Shown piece after piece: positions 57,662-64,000 of a stretch of DNA of 64,000 bases. The notes below the pieces were generated by a model. It had not been told where the DNA came from and ran no database searches. It saw only the letters and a program-made list of their open reading frames with translations. Made by a program: the position numbers and the translations under genes. Position 1 is the stretch's first letter. The number at the start of each line of letters is the position of its first letter. The stretch is from Armatimonadota bacterium. Lineage in GTDB: Bacteria; Bacteroidota; Ignavibacteria; OLB7. The stretch is from positions 40,005 to 104,004 of the forward strand of contig JADZEY010000108.1 in assembly GCA_020850315.1 (NCBI GenBank). Reading direction: 5' to 3'.

Positions 57662-57725
57662 TGCTACCAGAGAGAGAAGCTTTCACGGAGATGTTCTACT
57701 GCTGCTCTCTTTCTACTTCGTGGGC

Positions 57726-58232
57726 TTAGTGAACAACGATTGTTAGCGTGGCGGTGTTGTTCGATTCCACCGATTCGGCCACGGCATTTGGATCATCGGC
57801 ATTGAAGGTGAACGTGTTGGGGCCAAGGCTTAGTTCAACGTCGCTGCTTACAACACCGACCCCTCCGGCCGATAGCGAAAGCGTTGATGGAGAGAGAGGA
57901 AAACTTGGCGACATGGAGTTGGTGAACGGCCCGCTGCTATTGGCAACGCAGAGTACTTCCCAGCGAAGCTGAAAGATGTACTTCCCGCCCGATTCCCCTT
58001 TTGCTTCCGAGCGATCAACGTGGATGGTTGTGCCGGGGCGGCCATTGCGTGCGTAGTTGTCGCGCCCCATCACATACACTTTGCGCACCAAGATGTCTGG
58101 CTTCAGTGCTGGCAGTTTTACTTCGGGGCGGCTGATCTCAGTGGTGGTTTGTGCTGTTGCTGCTGTGCCCAGTGTAAGGGTTGCTGCAAGAATCATCAGC
58201 CCGTGTTTCATCAGGTTCTTTATCGTGTTCAT
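57726..58232 (-). CDS. Secreted CARDB-like domain protein
   Basis: Signal peptide; KPDILV; ADDPNAVAESVESNN CARDB-type C-terminal motif. Confidence 0.7.
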   Translation of the reverse strand: MNTIKNLMKHGLMILAATLTLGTAATAQTTTEISRPEVKLPALKPDILVRKVYVMGRDNYARNGRPGTTIHVDRSEAKGESGGKYIFQLRWEVLCVANSSGPFTNSMSPSFPLSPSTLSLSAGGVGVVSSDVELSLGPNTFTFNADDPNAVAESVESNNTATLTIVVH

Positions 58233-58446
58233 TGATTTGTTCCTTGTTCAGTGTTGTTGTGTTGTTTGCTGGTGGTTGGCTACATCGGGGGAACTGTTGT
58301 TGTTCCCCCGATGCCGCTTCAGTGGCGAGATTGCGCTCCTCCTCCGATACGCAGTTCGCCGTGATTACTCTTCCCCTCTCTCCCTCTGCTGTGCTTTGTC
58401 TGCTTGTGTTCGTGTGGTGGTTTCCTGTGCCTCTCTTTCCGTCAGG

Positions 58447-58917
58447 TTACGGCACAACGCTTAGTGTGAAATCGCAGCGGTTGTTTCCTTCGTTGATTTC
58501 GGCAATGGCTGCTCCGCTATCCAGAATAATGGTGATGGTATGGATTCCTGCTGTTGCGTAAATCTTTGCTTTGATTGGAACCATTGCGCCTGCCGGAACC
58601 ATGATGGATCCTGGGGTCACGGGTGCTGGCGCGCCATCAATCAAAATCTGATTGACGAACACTGCGGTGTTGATTGCCCCCGTGTTCCGCACGTTCACGT
58701 TTACTGTGTAGCCGTAGCGTGGTGGGCCAGCAAGCATTCCGTCGGCATCGGCAATGCGCATATTTACGTCGGTTCCGCATCCAACCGTGCGCAGCGATGC
58801 CGGCACCCCCGCGATTGATACTCTGCCAAAGTTGATTTCCGGTTGAGCGTATGCTGTGGCCGCAAGGATTACCGTTGCTACCAAGGCCATTGCCAGCGTT
58901 GTCATGATCTTCTTCAT
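58447..58917 (-). CDS. Secreted CARDB-like domain protein
   Basis: Signal peptide; VNVRNTG; LDSGAAIAEINEGNN motif. Confidence 0.72.
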   Translation of the reverse strand: MKKIMTTLAMALVATVILAATAYAQPEINFGRVSIAGVPASLRTVGCGTDVNMRIADADGMLAGPPRYGYTVNVNVRNTGAINTAVFVNQILIDGAPAPVTPGSIMVPAGAMVPIKAKIYATAGIHTITIILDSGAAIAEINEGNNRCDFTLSVVP

Positions 58918-59138
58918 TGCTCTTCTCCTGTTCGTACTGTTGATGTTGGTTAGTTGTTGTGCTTGCTTTCGCCCCTCCTATTCCCCGCGCTCTTGTTGCA
59001 ATTCACAATGCAAACTTGCACCCGTGCGGCAGGGGATTGCCAGCCCAGTTGTGGCAACGGCAGAAACAAACAAGGGAACGGCGCAACACGCAAAGGGAAC
59101 GGCGATGCGAACCGGAGAAATGGAGTGAGATCAATAAA

Positions 59139-59175
59139 AAAAGCCGGATGAAGCACAATGCTTCATCCGGCTTTT
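59139..59175. terminator. Intrinsic terminator
   Basis: AAAAGCCGGATGAAGCA-CAA-TGCTTCATCCGGCTTTT. Confidence 0.8.
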
Positions 59176-59205
59176 AATGTGGCTTTCGTAGGGCCTTCTA
59201 TCGGG

Positions 59206-59835
59206 TCAGTATTTCACCGAGCAACCGTAGGGCTGCGTAATGCCGACGCTAACCGGCTGGCCGCTCATGGATTCGTCCAATGCTTGGCCAACGTAGTTGG
59301 TGGCGTTGGGAACATCCTCAGGGTCTGCCGAGCGGATGTTATCAATGGCCCCTTGATAGATGACGGTTTGATCTGGGGCAACAACAAACATGTGGGGGGT
59401 GGTGCGTGCGCCGTACATCTTCCCGACGGCCCCGTCTTCATCAATCAACACTGCTGTTGGCGATGCCCCTTTTTCTGCCATTTGTGCAAGCGCTTGCTCC
59501 GGTGTTGAGTGGCCTTGCTTCCCCGGTGCCGATGAGATAATCGAAAGCCATATCACCCCTTTGTCGGTGTACTTCTTCTGAAGGCTTTGCATATTCTTGC
59601 TGTTGTAGTGCTTCTGCACAAATGGGCAGCCGTGGTTTAGCCATTCAATCACCACATACTTGCCAGCATAATCGCTCAGTTTGTGGGGTTGCCCTTCTGC
59701 ATCAACAAGGGTGAAATCTTGAGCTTTGGGAGCTGGGTTTTCGGGCAAACCACTGGCCCAAAGATTGGCCAACGGAAACAGAATTGTGGCACACAACGCC
59801 AGTGCCAACAATGGGAGAAACGTGCGTTTGTTCAT
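59206..59835 (-). CDS. Exported thioredoxin-fold redoxin (AhpC/TSA-like)
   Basis: APKAQDFTL, EWLNHGCPFV, YGARTTPH, YQGAID, YGCSVKY. Confidence 0.88.
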   Translation of the reverse strand: MNKRTFLPLLALALCATILFPLANLWASGLPENPAPKAQDFTLVDAEGQPHKLSDYAGKYVVIEWLNHGCPFVQKHYNSKNMQSLQKKYTDKGVIWLSIISSAPGKQGHSTPEQALAQMAEKGASPTAVLIDEDGAVGKMYGARTTPHMFVVAPDQTVIYQGAIDNIRSADPEDVPNATNYVGQALDESMSGQPVSVGITQPYGCSVKY

Positions 59836-59971
59836 GGTTGTTTAGGAGCGGTTTTGGGAAACGTTTATGAGTGAATCAGGTGTGCCGCAGCCCAATGGCG
59901 GCACGCTTGAAGATGTTGCTGGATTGGCTTGCCGCCAGCTCATCATAGTGCTACGGCAACGCCCTGCTTGC

Positions 59972-60784
59972 TTACTCCACCGCTGGCAGCGGCAGATCAA
60001 GTTCGATTGCGCGGTGCTTGCCAATCACCAACACACCCCGCAACCGGGTGGCATCTTTGTTGGGGAATGGTGAGGCCGGAAGCATCAGCACAAGGCCGTT
60101 GCCATCGGGGGTTGCCGATTGCTGGCCGGAGTGATCTATCACCCCTTCCTCGGCGGCAAAAAACCATGCGTTCTCGGTATCAGTTTGGATAGGAACAAGA
60201 AGCTGAAGCCCCTGCGAAGTCCGTTGTACGCTGGCTCCGCTAATCGTTTCGGTGCTTGCCGGAACCAGTGCTGCGCTTTCTTGGAACTGCTGGCTCCACT
60301 CCGTTTCACTGCTGGCATCGGCCACCGGAATCGCCAACTCCAACTTCCCTTTTCCGGGGATGCAAACATCTTGGCAAGCAAGCAGTTCCACCGTTGCCCC
60401 AATCGTTAGCGTTGGTGTGGTGATGGTTGCTGGCGGGGTGAGCGTTGCCATCAACAGCACCTGGCCCTCGTAGCCGTAGCAGACCTCGGGGGGATCGCCA
60501 AATAGGTGAGGTTGCGGCCATTCAAGATTGCTGATGGTGCATCCTTCGGGGAGCATCCAATCAACAGCGGTGGCCAAGCCTGCATCCCCCGGGTTTTTCC
60601 AGTAGATGTGCCAGCTTGAATCCATTTGCAGCCGCACGGCAATGCGAAGCGGTTGCCCCGGTTGCACCGCCGTTTGTTGGGCAACAATCTGGGCATCAAT
60701 ATGCTTTGCAATCCGCGTCACCTTCCCCGCCGCAAGCAATGAACCGGGAAGAAGAATCAGAAGCAGAAGAATAAGCAGGCGCAT
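59972..60784 (-). CDS. DsbD N-terminal (alpha) domain protein, stand-alone
   Basis: Start ATG 60784; WHIYWKNPGDAG, YGYEG, CQDVC CxxxC; no TM or thioredoxin domain. Confidence 0.85.
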   Translation of the reverse strand: MRLLILLLLILLPGSLLAAGKVTRIAKHIDAQIVAQQTAVQPGQPLRIAVRLQMDSSWHIYWKNPGDAGLATAVDWMLPEGCTISNLEWPQPHLFGDPPEVCYGYEGQVLLMATLTPPATITTPTLTIGATVELLACQDVCIPGKGKLELAIPVADASSETEWSQQFQESAALVPASTETISGASVQRTSQGLQLLVPIQTDTENAWFFAAEEGVIDHSGQQSATPDGNGLVLMLPASPFPNKDATRLRGVLVIGKHRAIELDLPLPAVE

Positions 60785-60901
60785 GGTCTGTTGTGAAGTA
60801 AATGAATGGTATAAACAGGCAGCATGGTGACGAACCGCGCCAGCCGGAAAGTGTAGTGATCGCACCGCCGTTTTCTCACTCTCTTTCTCCCTCTGTCCCA
60901 T

Positions 60902-61816
60902 TTATCCCCCCAAGCATTTATACAGCCACCATTGTGGGGCCACCGGTTGCAGCATCACGTAGTTCTGGCTTGAGATGTTCGGCAAGGCCAGCGGCGTGTT
61001 GGCGTGCAGGTATCCGTAAGAACTTCGCCCCACACTCCCCCCCACAAACAGCAGCACCCCGGGGTGTGTGCTGTCGCGCTCAATTTTCTGGATTCCAACC
61101 TGCTCGCGAAGCTCCTGAACAGCAGTGCGGCTTAGGCGGTACATGGTCAGTTCTTGCGGGGTGATGTCGTCGTCAAGTTCGCGGTACTCGTCAATCTTGC
61201 TGAAGTCAAAATCGCGTAGGATGAAGCTGCCCCACTGCTGGCTTTTGGCAAGCCGCTGGGCAACGGTGGATGCTGCGGCAAGGTGGTCGCGCAGAAGCTC
61301 GGCAAGGACGCGATCGGGAAGAAGCAACCGAAGAAGATCATCGCGCAGAATGCGGTCGTAATCGGAACGGACATCGAACGTGCGGATGGATTCCTCAATC
61401 TGGTGTCGCTGGGCAAGCGTGGGGAATCGGGCCATCACTTCAATCTTCCAGATGGAGTCGCAGATGCAGGTGAAGTAGATGTTTTCCGCCCCCTCCCACG
61501 ACTCCACTGTCACCCATGCAGCCACCCGTATCACCCCGTTCTCCGATGGCAAATGGAGTATCGAATCAATCGTCATCCGCGCATCGTGATAGACGGCCCC
61601 TTTGAACCGAACCGGGCTGGTTCGCGCCAGCGTTCCGGCAAGCCGTGGGCGGAACGCGGAACGGTTGATGCTATCAAGGGGGGAAGCAGTTTGGGTGATG
61701 AAAACGTTCAGAAGTTCCTGCAACGAAGCAGTTGGCGGAAGCTCCTGGGCGCACGCTACGGAAGCACCACAGCCCAGGAGAAGGGTCAGCAAAAAATGAA
61801 AATAAAAACGTTGCAC
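60902..61816 (-). CDS. Hypothetical secreted protein
   Basis: Long ORF; signal-peptide-like stretch after a GTG at 61816; no motif recognised. Confidence 0.6.
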   Translation of the reverse strand: MQRFYFHFLLTLLLGCGASVACAQELPPTASLQELLNVFITQTASPLDSINRSAFRPRLAGTLARTSPVRFKGAVYHDARMTIDSILHLPSENGVIRVAAWVTVESWEGAENIYFTCICDSIWKIEVMARFPTLAQRHQIEESIRTFDVRSDYDRILRDDLLRLLLPDRVLAELLRDHLAAASTVAQRLAKSQQWGSFILRDFDFSKIDEYRELDDDITPQELTMYRLSRTAVQELREQVGIQKIERDSTHPGVLLFVGGSVGRSSYGYLHANTPLALPNISSQNYVMLQPVAPQWWLYKCLGG

Positions 61817-61952
61817 AGGTTGTATGTTTGTCCCCTGCAGGAAGGGTATTCGTGTCGGTAATCGGCATTGCTTCAGCTGCCTTGCACCCAAGCAAGATAC
61901 AACCGCTTCGGTTGGAAGCACCTTCTTCTGGATACTGTTGCTTTCCTAAAAA

Positions 61953-62387
61953 ATGATTCAGAACTCCACCAAACTGCAAGGGGCCGCCAAGCTATTTAGT
62001 AGCCTGCTGCGGGCTGCACTACTTGCGCCGCTGGTGGCTGCAACAGTGTTTGTGCTGGCCTGGTACAGCCACAATCCGCTTGGTGGCGTTGGCGAATCCT
62101 TGGGTCTATTTGGGGCAATGTTCTTGGTGATGCTGGCCATTACGGTGGTGCTGACGTTAGCGCTGTTGTTATCGGGGGAGATAGTGCGCCGTGTTATCCC
62201 TTCAATGGCCATTCACACGGTGTGGCGCGCATTGCTGTTTGGGGTTGTCGGGGGGGCGATTGCTGGGGGTGTGCTTGCGCTGCTGCTTCAGTGGCTGCAT
62301 TCGGGAAGTGAGGTTTTCAGTGTGGCAATGGTAAGCTGCATCGTTGGGGGGATTGTAACGGGGTTGACCGCCGAAGCGGCACTGTAA
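61953..62387 (+). CDS. Hypothetical membrane protein (about 4 TM)
   Basis: Four hydrophobic Gly/Leu/Val-rich segments. Confidence 0.6.
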   Translation: MIQNSTKLQGAAKLFSSLLRAALLAPLVAATVFVLAWYSHNPLGGVGESLGLFGAMFLVMLAITVVLTLALLLSGEIVRRVIPSMAIHTVWRALLFGVVGGAIAGGVLALLLQWLHSGSEVFSVAMVSCIVGGIVTGLTAEAAL

Positions 62388-62641
62388 TCGTATTCCAATC
62401 GCAAAAAATCACCCTACCAACTCACCCAGTTGGATGAACTGTGGCCAGCACAGCCAGTGTAGATTGCATCCGTTGCTGGCGATGGCCGCCGCGGACAAAA
62501 CTATTCGGTGGCAAAACCATTCGGTGACAAAACCCGTACCGACGTAGGCGAGAAAACGGAGAGTGCCTCGTTTGCAAATAATTCCGTAAATCGTAAAGCC
62601 TGTTCCGTAACTAAATCCTTAACACGGAGAAAATCAACCTA

Positions 62642-63427
62642 ATGAACCGAATCAACACAACCGCACGCATTGCCATGGCAATGCTGGCCGCAGGACTAAC
62701 CTTTGGAGTAGTTGGCTGCGGCGACGACACAACCGAGCCAACCTCGTTGGCAAAAACAATCATGGGCGACACCGCCGATGTTGGTAACGGCAAAGCAATG
62801 TCGTGGCTGAAATTGGACGATGCTGGCAAGCCAACCTCCATCGGCATCACATTCACCGAGGCGGCACTGGACAGCCTTCCAACCAACCCGTTCCCACCAA
62901 CGGAGTGGGTGCTGACGCTTCCTACCGAGGCATCGGTCACGGCCTACAACCACATCGGGCTTGATTGGAATGCGCAGGGGCATGAACCAATGAGCATTTA
63001 CACGATTCCGCATTTCGACATGCACTTCTACCAGATTACCACAGCCGAGCGTGCAGCAATCACCCCAGCCGATAGCCTTACCGGGTACATCCAGCCGGGT
63101 GCCGACTACATTGCCAAGGATTACATCCTGCCACCGGGCATTGTTCCAGGAATGGGGTTCCATGCTGTTGACAGCACCGCCCACGAACTTCATGGCCACA
63201 CCTTCGACAAAACATTCATCTACGGCTACTTCAAAGGGAACATGATTTTTGGCGAGCCGATGATCACCCGGGCTTACTTGCTGACAAAACCAGATTTCTC
63301 CGAAACCCTGAAAGTGCCAGCAAAATATCCAGTCACCGGTAAGTACTACGCCACCAAGTACAGCATCAAGTACGATGCTGCCAAGAAGGAGTACAACGTC
63401 TCCCTTGATGGCCTGACGATGCGGTAA
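62642..63427 (+). CDS. DUF5602-like lipoprotein
   Basis: VVGC lipobox; GLDWNAQGHEP, PHFDMHFY, MGFH, EPMIT His-rich motifs. Confidence 0.8.
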   Translation: MNRINTTARIAMAMLAAGLTFGVVGCGDDTTEPTSLAKTIMGDTADVGNGKAMSWLKLDDAGKPTSIGITFTEAALDSLPTNPFPPTEWVLTLPTEASVTAYNHIGLDWNAQGHEPMSIYTIPHFDMHFYQITTAERAAITPADSLTGYIQPGADYIAKDYILPPGIVPGMGFHAVDSTAHELHGHTFDKTFIYGYFKGNMIFGEPMITRAYLLTKPDFSETLKVPAKYPVTGKYYATKYSIKYDAAKKEYNVSLDGLTMR

Positions 63428-63460
63428 TCCCACAGCACAAAGCAGCAGATACCATTCGCC

Positions 63461-63503
63461 AACAGCGGCGCACCACGCTCGGTGCGCCGCTGTTTTTTTT
63501 TTT
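63461..63503 (+). terminator. Intrinsic terminator
   Basis: AACAGCGGCGCACC-ACGCTC-GGTGCGCCGCTGTT plus a long T-tract. Confidence 0.88.
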
Positions 63504-63799
63504 CACTTATCGAATATTGCCACAGAAGAAACAACGCAAAACCTCTGCCTCTTGCCCCCCTCTCCGCCAACTACTATCGCTTTTTCCCTACTCGCCATGC
63601 GGAGAGGGGCTGGGGGTGAGGTCTCCGGCAACGGGGTGCACCGCTGAGTACTTCCTGCGTAGTTAATGAGTACCCCGCTCCCCTTTGGTTGCTGGTAAGT
63701 TTGTTCCCGTAACTACTGCTTCGGCAAACGGCATGGTGCGCACAGCCAACCGAACCAGCAAGCAAGAACAGACAATCAAACAGAGAGTGCGAGGAACAG

Positions 63800-64000
63800 A
63801 TGCAAACCAGACAAACGGCGGTGGCTGTGTTGGCAACCTTGCTGATGATGGGATTGCTATCCACCGGAATCACCACCAACCACTTGCACGCCCAGACGAT
63901 TGCTTGGGATGTGATGGGTGCCGGCGGCGGGATCGGCGACCGCAACGGAACCCAAGCGATCTCGGCAACCGTTGGGCAACCAATCGTTGGGCCAACCGTT
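63800..64000 (+). CDS. 5' end (partial) of a secreted protein
   Basis: MQTRQTAVAVLATLLMMGLLSTGITTNHLHAQTIAWDVMGAGGG...SATVGQP; runs off the window. Confidence 0.7.
   Translation, partial: MQTRQTAVAVLATLLMMGLLSTGITTNHLHAQTIAWDVMGAGGGIGDRNGTQAISATVGQPIVGPTV

Noticed and set aside
1-64000. rRNA, tRNA, tmRNA, transposase, prophage or defence genes
   Set aside because: None recognisable by eye in intergenic regions or the ORF track; a tRNAscan/Rfam/DefenseFinder run would be needed to exclude divergent ones.

Overview
Ordinary chromosomal window from an FCB-superphylum bacterium. The many Por/T9SS C-terminal sorting domains, TAnnTTTG-type promoter motifs and an alternative complex III suggest a Kapabacteria/Ignavibacteria-like organism (inference). 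It holds housekeeping genes (aspS, hflX, msrA, methylmalonyl-CoA mutase large subunit, coaBC, family-4 uracil-DNA glycosylase) and a complete ~13 kb respiratory operon (actABCDEF(G), SCO, caa3-type A2 cytochrome c oxidase subunits II/I/III/IV). There are also about nine T9SS cargo proteins, an ECF sigma/anti-sigma pair, a TonB receptor and several orphans. I found no rRNA, tRNA, CRISPR array, prophage or transposase. Best-supported unannotated features: (1) a 155-bp MITE in two copies with 14-bp terminal inverted repeats, different 5-bp target-site duplications and a compensatory change in the TIR, plus a solo end; (2) a nested REP-like palindrome cluster and a GNAT gene flanked by 38-bp direct repeats; (3) coaBC with no canonical in-frame start codon; (4) a 360-aa Ala/Lys/Pro histone-H1-like repeat protein; (5) a run of T9SS cargo genes with cohesin-like domains and a shared unnamed domain; (6) divergent catalytic motifs in a TDO-like and a beta-carbonic-anhydrase-like protein. 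I could not identify a single clearly new multi-gene system; the MITE family and the cohesin-like T9SS cluster are the best leads.
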